64,000 nucleotides of DNA from contig NIVC01000406.1 in NCBI GenBank assembly GCA_002269645.1, positions 159,494-223,493 of the forward strand. The letters run 5' to 3'. Both the position numbers and the translations under genes were made by a program. Every line of letters begins with the position of its first letter. The first letter of the stretch is position 1. Below are positions 47,823 to 61,300 of the stretch, in pieces. Below the pieces are notes generated by a model that saw only the letters and a program-made list of their open reading frames with translations, did no database searches and had not been told where the DNA came from. Origin of the DNA: Macrostomum lignano (taxonomy: Eukaryota).

Positions 47823-49704
47823 ACCCTACTAAAACCTGTCATCTCCCATCTGCCCGCAGACAATCGCCAGAAATATCTACATCCGGGTATCTCAAAAACG
47901 CTTCTGCCTAATGAATGTAAGTAATGATATGAATATCATTTAGCATTTTTTAAGATAAATAAAGTTAATTCATTAAACACTATTATCTATATTATATTTC
48001 CAGGTGTGCGACTTAGTCTTGTGTGCAGCCTCGTTCTGCATCAACCTATCGCTGCTGGTGGCGCGGGTCACCCCGTTAGCCAGGGATTTCGTAGCCCTGC
48101 TAATCACTTTTAGACTCGTCAGATTGCTCACATTATTTGGAGGTTAGTTTCTTTTTCTCAGCACTTTTATTTTGAAAACTCTGCATACTCTACTATATCG
48201 CTTATTCAGTAGAGTGTTTCGCTCCTGTTTCACTATGATGAATTTCTATTTGAATAACCGCCAGGCTTAACTCGAGCTGAGAAACGGCAAATTCTGCGAA
48301 TGCTCGACGGCTACAGACGAGAGGAGAGCTTCAACCTTGAGCAGCAGCGAATGCTGCAGACTGAGCTGGAGAATCGAACTCGGGAGTGTCAGGATCTGCG
48401 AGAGTTGGTTAAGTCGGCTACTTTGTCTAGGAATCGACTGAGGCAGAGTGAGTTCTGTCAGCTATCGGGGGAGTTTTGGAATGTGAAAAAATAGGATTGC
48501 AATAAATATGGGTGCAGTAGAGATGAAGTAACAATAGAGATAGAGAGTGATAAAGAGTGAAAATAGAGAGTGATAAAGTGGTGAGGATAGAGAGTGATAA
48601 AGTGAGGATAGAGAGTGATAAAGTGAGGATAAAGAGTGATAAAGTGAGGATAGCGAGTGATAGAGTGAGGATAGCGAGTGATAAAGTGAGGATACAGAGT
48701 GATAAAGTGAGGATAGAGAGTGATAAAGTGAGGATAGCGAGTGATAAAGTGAGGATAGAGAGTGATAAAGTGAGGATAGCGAGTGATAAAGTGAGGATAG
48801 CGAGTGATAAAGTGAGGATACAGAGTGATAAAGTGAGGATAGAGAGTGATAAAGTGAGGATAGCGAGGGATAAAGTGAGAATAGAGAGTGATAAAATGTC
48901 CCCATGGCTCCATGGTCAAAAGGAAGGATTCGAGAGCAATTAGGGAAACGTACAATGCCACCATATGTTACCCCCAATCGCGTACAACTCAATCCTGCAG
49001 AGCAGATGGGCCAGCACCAGCTGAAGCAGGAAGACGGCAGTCCGAACGAAGAGTCCTGCACGGATGTCACCGGCGGCTCTCCAGACAACAGTCGGACAGG
49101 CACCAGAAGCGTACCGGACGATTCCGGGCACAGTTCCGATTCTAGTCCGGATTCGCCGCCGCGGGAGACTTTCGGTCGAGGTCTTGGTTAGTTTGTTCAA
49201 TAGTCTTTGTTGGATTGAAGTATTTTGGGTGTAGGTTCGATGTACATTAGATCCAGGGTTGAATGTACATTGGAGAGCGAAGTTGAATGTACATTGAGGT
49301 GCAGTTTGGAATGTACATTGGGGGAGCAGAGTTAAATGTACATTGGTAAGTAGGGTTAAATGTACATTGAGGTGTGTGATTCAATGTTAGGGTGCGGAAT
49401 TCAATGTACATCGGGGTGCGGTGTGAATTTAAGTATTAATAATTAGGTGTTCACAGTGCAATGTACTAAGTATGCATGCTAACTATTTAAATTTACATTA
49501 AAAATGAAATGCCAATTAGAATTCTTGTGCTCATACTATGAGTAGTGCATCACAGAAAGCGCCTGGATTCTCCTTTAACTTTCAGAGTCATCGTCGACAG
49601 AAGCGCCTCAGATTGGCATTGAGCTGGCCGAGGTCGCGGATTCGAATCCTCAGCCGGCACAGGATGAACTCGACGAAGGCGGCGCTTTTACTTCAAAATT
49701 TTAG
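46568..49704 (+). CDS. Voltage-sensor-domain-only membrane protein (Hv1/HVCN1- or TMEM266-like), ~361 aa, 8 exons
   Basis: Exons 46568-46647, 46853-46974, 47461-47603, 47860-47916, 48004-48142, 48265-48447, 48944-49186, 49586-49704 total 1086 nt in frame. S1 LECITVALVWIDVAMVTHQIVLD; S2 IAITAMAFLFLLE; S3 VCDLVLCAASFCIN; S4 ALLITFRLVRLLTLFG; then a coiled-coil (LEQQRMLQTELENRTRECQDLRELV); C-terminus FTSKF*. Confidence 0.8.
47610..47822. repeat. (TGTC)n microsatellite in Hv-like intron 3
   Basis: Direct observation. Confidence 0.95.
48530..48895. repeat. 21-bp minisatellite in Hv-like intron 6
   Basis: Unit AGTGATAAAGTGAGGATAGAG. Confidence 0.95.
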
Positions 49705-50559
49705 AGCAGTGTTCTCTCTCTCTCTCTCAGTGTTCTCATCTCCCGTCTCTTATCTTCCAGTGTGTGTACAAATCTCCCAAAATTTTCCGGATTAACGAGA
49801 ACGGCGTCCTTCTAATTTGGCTCTCGAAGTTCCACACACAAACTTTATTAATTGTAAAAGGAAATTTCAACAGAAATGTATTTGTGTTGTACTTTTTTAT
49901 TCTAGGATTACTAATTCCGGTAAATTTCTACACAAAAATCGTTAATTTGCGCATTTTGCTACTTATAGTGTCCTAATCGATCAGTAGCATGTATCGTGAA
50001 AGCTTTAATGAAATGCTTCAAAGAGCTTAAAGACTATAGAAAAAATGTCATAAAATTACTTTGCATGAAGAATCTAAGCTTAAAAGCGAGTGTTTTGTAC
50101 ACAGTTTGAAAGTACACAGTGTCCTTTCTTATCTAATCTTGAAATGTACACACCAAGTTAGTTATAAATAAATCGTAGATTGTTTTTATAATGATTTTTT
50201 GGTTTTAACATTGTCTCCGCATTAATTAAAACAAATAAAGAGCCCATTTTTAATTTGTAGGTAATCTTAGTTATCGATCTTTATGTACTTTTATTTTCAT
50301 TGTCTCAAATTGCTTCCATTTTATAATACAAAATGTCATTCAGTATTTCTGCGCGCGTTTTTCTATCTCTTGTTATAATTTATTGCTACGATGCACAATT
50401 AAACTACTGTCGTCTGGCAGTAGTATATATCGAGTATTTTAACGTGCTGTATTATATTTTAAATAACCATATCTACGCATGAAATCGTATTAAAAATTCT
50501 TTTGAAACAAAAGACGAAATTGGACTTCAGTTTATGATGCTTTTTCTGGAAATTATTTG

Positions 50560-51780
50560 TTGAATGGTCCACTTAATGCTATTGGCGCCACAATTTGATT
50601 GTGTTTGGCGCCACAAAATGAGTTTAATTGGCTCCAAATAAGTTGATAGGCGGCACAATGAGTTTTATTAGCGCCATAGTATGATTTTAATTGGCGCCAA
50701 AATATGACTTTTATTGGCGCCACAATATGAACATCATTGGCGCTGAGTTTATTTGGCGCCAAAATATGAGTTTCTTTGGTGCCACAATACGAGTTTAATT
50801 GGCTCCACAATATTGAGTTTAATTGGCTCCACAATATGACTGTCTTTAGCGCCACAATTTTGAGTTTAATTGGCTCCACAATATGACTGTCTTTAGCGCC
50901 AAAATTTTGAGTTTAATTGGCTCCACAATATGACTGTCTTTAGCGCCACAATATTAAGTTTAATTGGCTCCACAATATGACTGTCTTTAGCGCCACAATT
51001 TTGAGTTTAATTGGCTCCACAATATGACTGTCTTTAGCGCCACAATATTAAGTTTAATTGGCTCCACAATATGACTGTCTTTAGCGCCACAATTTTGAGT
51101 TTAATTGGCTCCACAATATGACTGTCTTTAGCGCCACAATTTTGAGTTTAATTGGCTCCACAATATGACTGTTTTTAGCGCCACAATATTGAGTTTAATT
51201 GGCTCCACAATACCAGTTTAATTCGCGCCACAATATTGAGTTTAATTGGCTCCACAATATGACTGTCTTTAGCGCCACAATATTGAGTTTAATTGGCTCC
51301 ACAATATGACTGTCTTTAGCGCCACAATTTTGAGTTTAATTGGCTCCACAATATGACTGTTTTTAGCGCCACAATATTGAGTTTAATTGGCTCTACAATA
51401 CGAGTTTAATTCGCGCCACAATATTGAGTTTAATTGGCTCCACAATACGACTGTCTTTAGCGCCACAATTTTGAGTTTAATTGGCTCCACAATATGACTG
51501 TCTTTAGCGCCACAAAATTGAGTTTAATCGGCTCCACAATATGACTGTCTTTAGCGCCACAAAATTGAGTTTAATTGGCGCCACAATATGACTGTCTTTA
51601 GCGCCACAATATTGAGTTTAATTGGCTCCACAATATGACTGTGTTTAGCGCCACAATATTGAGTTTAATTGGCGCCACATATGACTGTCTTTAGCGCCAC
51701 AAAATTGAGTTTAATTGGCTCCACAATATGACTGTCTTTAGCGCCACAATATTGAGTTTAATTGGCGCCACAATACGAGT
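50560..51780. repeat. 47-bp dimeric minisatellite (23+24-bp subunits) upstream of pyruvate carboxylase
   Basis: Unit AATTGGCTCCACAATATGACTGTCTTTAGCGCCACAATTTTGAGTTT; period seen at 50821/50868. Confidence 0.95.
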
Positions 51781-52096
51781 GTCATCCAAATGTCATCAGC
51801 GCGGAAAGCATAGCACCAGAAGCGTCAAATGAATCGCTTATTTACTCTAAACAGTTATGAATTGTTAACCTTAGCACTGAAAGCTTGCATATACGATCGA
51901 CTTATGACATAGACGAAATGAAAAATGCACTCTAGACGTTGGGACCAGTAAGCGCCATCGACTATACATTTGTCTATGCTGGACAAAGTTCTTAGAGAAC
52001 GCGCCTACAAGTAGCTCAGATCTACAAGTAGCCGTTCTTTAATAATTGAATAAATTAGAAATCAGTCAACTGATTGACAAAACACGAGATCACAGC

Positions 52097-55000
52097 ATGG
52101 CATCGGGCACGCTGCCTCCGGCGAGAAAATTCGAAAAAGTTCTGGTGGCCAATCGAGGTGAGATTGCCATGCGGATTTACCGAGCTCTGTCTGAAATGGA
52201 GATCAAGTCTGTTGGCGTGTACAGCGAGGCCGACACCATGCACATGCACCGCACTATGGCGGATGAGTCCTATCTGATTGGCAAAGGTCTGCAACCGGTG
52301 CAGGCGTACTTGAGCATTTCTCACATCATTCAGGTTGCCAAGGAGACTAAGGCAGATGCTGTGCATCCTGGTTATGGCTTTCTGTCCGAGAGTGCCGAGT
52401 TTGCTCAGGTTAGTGAACCTACTATGTACATCGAATGTACATTCACCCCCTACGCTACCGCATATACATCAACTCAACACCAGATGCATGCTTTATATTA
52501 TACGGTGTTCATGCACCCAAATTTACAAAAACGAACACTGTATGTAGACCCAATGTATTACATCCAACCAACCATTAACGTACACTCGATGCAGATCTAA
52601 CTAACAAAAGATGTACACTCTATGTACACCCAATCAACCAACACAATGTACACCAAATGTACACCCAATCAACCAACACAATGTACACCAAATGTACACC
52701 CAATCAACCAACACAATGTACACCAAATGTACACCCAATCAACCAACACAATGTACACCAAATGTACGCCTAATCAACCAACACAATGTACACCAAATGT
52801 ACACCCAATCAACCAACACAATGTACACTCTATGTACACCCAATCAACCAACACAATGTACACCATATGTACGCCTAATCAACCAACACAATGTACACCA
52901 AATGTACACCCAATCAACCAACACAATGTACACCAAATGTACACCCAATCAACCAACACAATGTACACTAAATGTACACCCAATCAACCAACACAATGTA
53001 CACCCACCAAATGTACACCCAATCAACCAACACAATGTACACCCACCAAATGTACACCCAATCAACCAACACAATGTACACCCACCAAATGTACACCCAA
53101 TCAACCAACACAATGTACACTAAATGTACACCCAATAAACCAACACAATGTACACCAAATGTACACCCAATCAACCAACACAATGTACACTAAATGTACA
53201 CCCAATCAACCAACACAATGTACACTAAATGTACACCCAATCCAAGGCCTGTCACGCTGCCGGCATCGCATTCATCGGTCCCCGGCCGGAGACGGTCCGC
53301 CTGCTCGGCGACAAGGTGTTCGCCAGGGAGGCCGCCGTCAGCGCCGGCGTCCCGGTGGTGCCCGGCTCGCCAGGAGCTATCGCCGACGCAGCCGCGGCCG
53401 AAGAGTTCTGCCGGGTCCACGGCCTGCCGGTCATCTTGAAGGCGGCAGCCGGCGGTGGCGGACGCGGCATGCGGGTGGTTCGACGCCTGGAGGATGTCGC
53501 CGAAGCCTTCGAACGGGCTTCGTCGGAGGCAACGGCTGCCTTTGGCAACGGGTCAATGTTTGTGGAGCGGTTCGTTGAGTCGGCCAGGCATATTGAGGTT
53601 GGGCATTGCTCGTGTCCTGAGGAAATCTGGTACCTGTTATTTCTTAGATCTCCGCTTCGAATCCCAATCTCAAGAATTCATCTCAGGAATCCCCATCTCA
53701 AGAATCCCCATCTCGAGAATCCCCATCTTGAAAATCCCCATCTCAAGAAGTCCCCATCTCAAGAATCCCCATATCAATAACCCCAACCTTAAGAATCCCC
53801 AACTCACGAAATCCCCATCTCAAGAAGTCCCCATCTCAATAACCCCCATCTTGAGAATCCCAAACTCAAGAAATCCCATCTCAAGAAATCCCATCTCAAA
53901 AAATCCCATCTCAAGAATCCTTATCTCGAGATCCCCAATCTTAAAAATCCCACCTCAAGAATCCCCGAACCGCGCCCAGGTACAAATCCTAGCGGACAAG
54001 GCCGGCTCGGTGATTCACCTGTTCGAACGCGACTGCTCAGTGCAGCGGCGCCACCAGAAGGTGCTGGAACTGGCACCTGCTCACAAGCTGCGCCAAGAGG
54101 CTCGCGAAGCAATTCTGTCTGACGCGGTGAAGCTGGCAAAAAGTGTGGGCTATGAGAATGCAGGCACGGTGGAATTTCTCTTCGAAGAGTCCACCGGGAG
54201 GCACTACTTTATGGAGGTAAACCCTCGGGTGCAGGTTGAGCACACGGTTACTGAGGAGATTACCGGTGTCGATATTGTTCGAACTCAGGTGAGGCTTGCC
54301 AACTTGATGCTCTTTGTGAGGGGTGCCATTTCATTTTGAGGGGTGCCACTTCATTGTGAGGACTGCCATTTCATTGTGAGGACTGCCATTTCATTGTGAG
54401 TGGTGCCATTTCATTGTGAGGGGTGCCATTTCATTGTGAGTGGTGCCATTTCATTGTGAGTGGTGCCATTTCATTGTGAGGGGTGCCATTTCATTGTGAG
54501 GGGTGCCATTTCATTGTGAGGACTGCCATTTCATTGTGAGTGGTGCCATTTCATTGTGAGTGGTGCCATTTCATTGTGAGGACTGCCATTTCATTGTGAG
54601 GGGTGCCATTTCATTGTGAGGGGTGCCATTTCATTGTGAGGGGTGCCATTTCATTGTGAGGACTGCCATTTCATTGTGAGGGGTGCCACTTCTTAGTGAG
54701 GGGTGCCATTTTATTGTGAGGGGTGCCACTTCTTAGTGAGGCGTGCCATTTCATTGTGAGGGGTGCCACTTCTTAGTGAGGGGTGCCATTTCATTGTGAG
54801 GGGTGCCACTTCTTAGTGAGGGGTGCCATTTCATTGTGAGGGGTGCCACTTCTTAGTGAGGGGTGCCGTTTCATTGTGAGTTGCTGCCCGATCCCCAGAT
54901 CCGCATAGCGGAGGGCCACAGCCTGTCCAGCCTCGGCCTCAACCAATCGGAGATCGCTGCCAGCGGCTGCGCCATGCAGTGCCGGGTGACCACGGAGGAT

Positions 55001-55155
55001 CCTGAGCGGGACTTTCAGCCGGACTCGGGCCGACTCGAGTACTTCCGGCCCGGACTGGGGCCCGGCATCCGGCTGGACTCGGCCAGCGCCTTCGCAGGCG
55101 CCATCATCTCGCCTTATTATGATAGCCTGCTGTGCAAGGTGAGGCTGCAGACTGG

Positions 55156-55213
<58 letters not shown>

Positions 55214-55288
55214 CTAAGACAGACAGACAGACAGACACTAAGACAGACAGACAGACAGACACTAAGACAGACAGACAGACAGACACTA

Positions 55289-55372
<84 letters not shown>

Positions 55373-58300
55373 GGACAGACGGACAGACAAATACGATGGG
55401 TCCAGCGCTCCACCTTACCAATCTCAGGTGGTCGCACACACCGGCAACTTCGCAGAGAGCACAGCTAAGATGCGCCGAGCTCTGCGCGAATTTCGCGTCA
55501 TAGGCGTCAGCACCAACATCGCGTTTCTGCTGAACCTTCTGTCTTGCGAGGAGTTCTGCACTGTTGCTGTGGACACCGGCTTTCTGGATAGAAATCCTCA
55601 ACTGATGAGGCAGCGGCCGTCGCGTGGGCGGGTGCAGAAACTGCTCAGGTTTATTGGTGAGACTATGGGTCGTGATGGGGACGAGATGGGGTCGAGATAG
55701 GTCAAGATAGGTCAAGATGGGTCAAGATAGGTCAAGATGGGTCAAGATGGGTCAAGATGGGTCATGATATGGGTCAAGATGGGTCAAGATGGGTCAAGAT
55801 GGGTCAAGATAGGTCAAGATGGGTCAAGATGGTTCAAGATGGGTCAAGATGGGTCAAGATAGGTCAAGATGGGTCAAGATGGGTCAAGATAGGTCAAGAT
55901 GGGTCAAGATAGGTCAGTATGGGTCAACGCAATCGTAGGTCGAAATGAGTCAAAGTGAGTCAATATGGGTCAACATTGCTTGCGGTGACATTAGTTTTGT
56001 AGGCTAATATTGGGTCAAGACGGATCAAGAGGTCAAGGTGCATCAGTATGGGTCAAGATTAGCAACGTTTAAGCTAAGCTGAGCAAAAATTAAGTTCGTA
56101 TCCCGTGAATTTAAATTTATGCAAATGAATTTGAAATGAGTCGAGATGGGTCATGTCAGAGATGATTCAGTAGGCTTCTGTGAGTAAACTTTTATTACAC
56201 CGCATCTCTACAAAATCAGCCGAGACCTTGGTCAACGGACCGCAGACTCCGGTGCCTAATCGAGATTTTCGAATTCCGGAAATCTGTCCAGAGCCGCCTG
56301 CAATCGACTACTGTGAGTAGAAAATCGGCAATTAGTTGCACTACTATTGTTATCAATGAAACTTGTAAACAGTAAATCCCGCGACAACCTGTAAACAATG
56401 AATCCTGTGAACAATGAATCTTGTGAACAATGAATCCTGTGAACAATGAATCCTGTGAAAAATGAATCCTGTGAACAATGAATCCTGTGAACAATGAATT
56501 CTGTGAACAATGAATCTTGTGAACAATGAATCCTGTGAACAAGGAATCCTGTGAACAATGAACTCGTGAATAGTATAACTTGTGACCTAAAAATCCTGTG
56601 AATATTAATAACTGTGAACAATGAATCTCGTGAATAGTATAACTTGTGACCAATAAATCTTGTGAATATTATAAACTGTGAACAATGAATCTCGTGAATT
56701 AAAAACAGTGAAAAAAATGAATCCTGTGAGCAACGAATCTTGTGAACAATTAAATCCCGTGAAGCATCTCCCATGAATTTCCTGGAATTTCAGTCGCGGT
56801 GCCCCCAGACGGCTGGCGCAAGATACTCAAGCAAAAAGGCCCCGAAGCCTTCGCTAAGGCCATCCTGGATCACCCCGGGGTGCTCCTGACGGACACTACA
56901 ATGCGCGACGCGCATCAGTCGCTATTAGCTACCAGGGTTCGAACCTACGACCTAGTCAAGATTGCGCCATTCGCGGCCAGACGCTTGTCGGGCCTGCTGT
57001 CAATGGAGTGCTGGGGCGGCGCCACGTTCGACGTGTCGCTCCGATTCCTGCACGAGTGCCCATGGCAACGGCTGAGGCAGCTCAGGGACCTGGTGCCCAA
57101 CATCCCATTTCAGATGCTGCTGCGGGGCGCCAATGCAGTGGGTTATACAAACTATGCGGACAATGTGGTGAGTGCTACTGGGCATGCCATGCTTCAGATC
57201 GGATAGTTTGATGGTGAGATTGCATAGATTGATAGGCAGTGAGATTAGATAGAGAGACAGTGAGATTATATCGAGACAGTGAGATTAGATGGATAGTGAG
57301 ATTGGATGAATGGATACATAGATAGTGAGATTAGATAAATAGATAGACAGATAGTGAGATTGAATAAATGGATAGATAGTGAGATTAGATAAACTGATAG
57401 ACAGATAGTGAGATTGGATAGATAGATAGATAGTGAAATTGGATAGATAGATAGATAGTGAGATTGGATAGATAGATAGTGAGATTGGATAGATAGATAG
57501 ATAGATAGTGAGATTGGATAGATAGATAGTGAGATTGGATAGATAGATAGATAGTGAGATTGGATAGATAGATAGATAGTGAGATTGGATAGATAGATAG
57601 TGAGATTGGATAGATAGATAGATAGTGAGATTGGATAGATAGTGAGATTGGATGAATGGATACACAGATAGTGAGATTGGATAAATGGATAGATAGTGAG
57701 ATTAGATAAATAGATAGTGAGATTGGATAGATAGATAGATAGTGAGGTTGGATAGATATATAGATAGATAGTGAGATTGATTAGATAGACAGTATGATTG
57801 GATAGGGACGGTGAGATAAGATAAAGAGACGGTGAGATTAGATAGACAGAGAGTGAGATTAGATAAAGAAACGGTGAGATTGGACACTCAAAGAGAAGAA
57901 AATCTAGCAATGGCAACCGGACTCAAACGAGTCACTACTCGAACTCGGCCAGGTGTACCGCTTCTGCGAGGAGGCCGTCAAGACCGGCATGGACATCTTC
58001 CGAATATTCGACTGCCTGAACTACGTCCCCAACATGCTGGTCGGAATGGACGCAGTTAGAAAAGCTGGCGGGGTTGTGGAAGCGGCGATCTGCTACACTG
58101 GCGACCTGCTGACCTCCAAGAAGTACACATTGGAGTACTATCTGGACACGGCCGAGCAGCTTGTGAGGTGCAGGAGACAGTTCATTTTCTTAGCTGGCAA
58201 TTCCTTTCTGATCGAATTTAAAACATTACTAAAAATTATTGGGAATGGGGCTTTAGCACCAAGGGGCTTTAGCACCAAGGGGCTTTAGCACCAAGGGGCT

Positions 58301-61300
58301 TTAGCACCAAGGGGCTTTAGCACCAAGGGGCGCCAGCACCAAGGGGCTTTAGCACCAAGGGGCGCCAGCACCAAGGGGCGCCAAACCAGCAGTAAAGGGG
58401 CGCCAAACCAGCAGTAAAGGGGCGCCAAACCAGCAGTAAAGGGGCGCCAAACCAGCAGTAAAGGGGCGCCAAACCAGCAGTAAAGGGGCGCCAAACCAGC
58501 AGTAAAGGGGCGCCAAACCAGCAGTAAAGGAGCGCCAAACCAGCAGTAAAGGGGCGCCAAACCAGCAGTAAAGGAGCGCCAAACCAGCAGGCACTGATGA
58601 GGCGCCATCATTTTCGAGTTTGAAAATTTGTGATGGAAAAAAATACATGTATTCATTGTTTAAAAGAATCCCAAAGGACCTGCAGACTTCACTTGAGAGA
58701 ACAAACCTTTTTTTAAACAAAACAAACAAAAAAATCATGGAATTTTCTATCCATGTAAAAATTGTCAAACCATTTCTTAGAAACGAACAGGCCTAATCCT
58801 CGATACAAATTTTTTTCGAGTTTTTGTCAAGCTGTGTTTTTCCCTCGCCATCTTCGCGCTCGACAGGGCCGGCGCGCATATCTTGGCCATCAAGGACATG
58901 GCCGGCCTGTTGAAACCTGAGTCAGCCAGGCGGCTGGTCACCGCTTTGAAGCAGAAATTCCCCGACCGCCCGCTGCACATTCATACTCACGACACGGCCG
59001 GAGCCGGGGTGGCCACCCTGCTCGCCTGCTCAGAGTCCGGCGCCGACATTCTCGACGTTTCCGTCGACGCAATGAGCGGCATCACAGCGCAACCGTCCAT
59101 GGGCGCCGTTGTCGGCTGCGTCGGCCGGTCGCCCGGCGTCCAGCCTGCCGATGTAGCCGACTACAACGCCTACTGGGAGATGACCAGGCGGCTGTACGTC
59201 AACTTCGAGTGCACCAACACCATGCGCAGCGGCAACGCCGATGTCTATGAGAACGAAATTCCTGGCGGGCAGTACACCAACCTGCACTTCCAGTCCATCA
59301 GCCTGGGGCTGGCCGACCAGTTCGCGTTGGTGAAGAAGAAATTTGCCGAGGCCAACCAGCTGCTTGGCGATTTGATTAAGGTTGGTGACGGACCTGCTGT
59401 CCTGTGCTCTCGGGGATCACCTGCTCTGTGATACCTGTGTCCAAGGATACCTGTGTCACACTCCTGTCATAAAACTCTTCAGTCATAAAACTCTCGAGTC
59501 ATAAAACTCTTCAGTCATAAAACTCTCCAGTCATAAAACTCTCCAGTCATAAAACTCTTCAGTCATAAAACTCTCTAGTCATAAAACTCTTCAGTCATAA
59601 AACTCTCCAGTCATAAAGCACTCCAGTCATAAAACACTCCAGTCATAAAGCACTCCAGTCATAAAGCACTCCAGTCATAAAGCACTCCAGTCATAAAGCA
59701 CTCCAGTCATAAAACTCTTCGGTCATAAAACGCTCTGGTCATAAAACACTCCGGTCATAAAACACTGGTCATAAAACACTCCGGTCATAAAACGCTCTGG
59801 TCATAAAACACTCCGGTCATAAAACACTGGTCATAAAACACTCCGGTCATAAAACGCTCTGGTCATAAAACACTCCGGTCATAAAACACTGGTCATAAAA
59901 AAGACCGGTCATAAAACACTCTGGTCATAAAACACTGGTCATAAAACAGACCGGTCATATAACACTCATAAAACATAACACTCATATCGGTCATAAAACA
60001 ATCTGTTCAAAAGATCCACACTCCTAACTCGCAGGTGACTCCCAGCTCAAAAGTGGTTGGCGACCTGGCCCAGTTCATGGTGCAGAACAAGCTGTCCAAG
60101 CAGGATGTGCTCAATCGAGCATCCGAGCTCTCCTTCCCCTGCTCGGTGGTGCAGTTCTTCGACGGGTGCATCGGGCAGCCGCATGGCGGATTTCCAGTCG
60201 AGCTGGCTGCCGCGGTGCTGCACGGCAGGAAGCCCAAGTGAGAACCTGTGCTCAAGGGTTTGGACTTTTATAGACTGATGGTGAAATACCGATAGATTTG
60301 CGAGACAATTATGGCATTAAATTCTAAATGAGATCTCACAGTTCTAGATGAGATCTCACAGTTCTAGATGAGATCTTACAGTTCTAGATGAGATCTCACA
60401 GTTCCAGATGGGATCTCACATTAATTTCTAGATGAGATCTCACAGTTCTAAATGGGATCTCACATAAATTTCTAGATGAGATCTCATAGTTCTAGATGAG
60501 ATCTCATATACAGTTCTAGATGAGATCCCACAGTTCTAGATGGGATCTCACATAAATTTCTAGATGAGATCTCATAGTTCTAGATGAGATCTCATATACA
60601 GTTCTAGATGAGATCTCACAGTTCTAGATGGGATCTCACATTAATTTCTAGATGAGATCTCACAGTTCTAGATGAGATCTCAAATACAGTTTTAGATAAA
60701 AAGTTTGAAGAAAATCGGTTGAGCCATTGTTTCTGAAATCTATCGCATACCTACCCACCACAGACAACTCATTTTTAGTATATTAGATCTCACATACAGT
60801 TCTAGATGAGATCTCACAGTTCTAGGTTAGATCTCAAAATTCCAGATAAGATCTCACAGTTATTGAAGAGATCTCGCACTGTAGTTTGCAATCTCATGGC
60901 TCTATTAACTATTATTTACGGTACCTACTACCCTCAAGTTAAGATTTTAGATCTCCATTTTTATCTTATCGCACGGACCCGCAACCGCCAGGTACACCAG
61001 CCGTCCAGGCGCCGAAATCCCGCCATTCGATTTCGAGAAGCTTCGCCGCGAACTGGAGAAAAAGTTCGGTCAGGGTTCGATCTCTGACTGCGATTTGATG
61101 AGCGCCGCTCTTTATCCGAAAGTGTTCGACGAATTCGCCGAATTTCGTCGACAATTTGGCGATGTGTCGAAACTGTCGACCAGAAGCTTCTTTCAGGGAC
61201 CAAAGATTGCCGAAGAGCTTGAGTTGTACCTTGACAAAGGCATCACCGTCTATGTGAAGAGTCTGGCCATCACTGAGCCTGATAAGATGGGACAGAGAAG

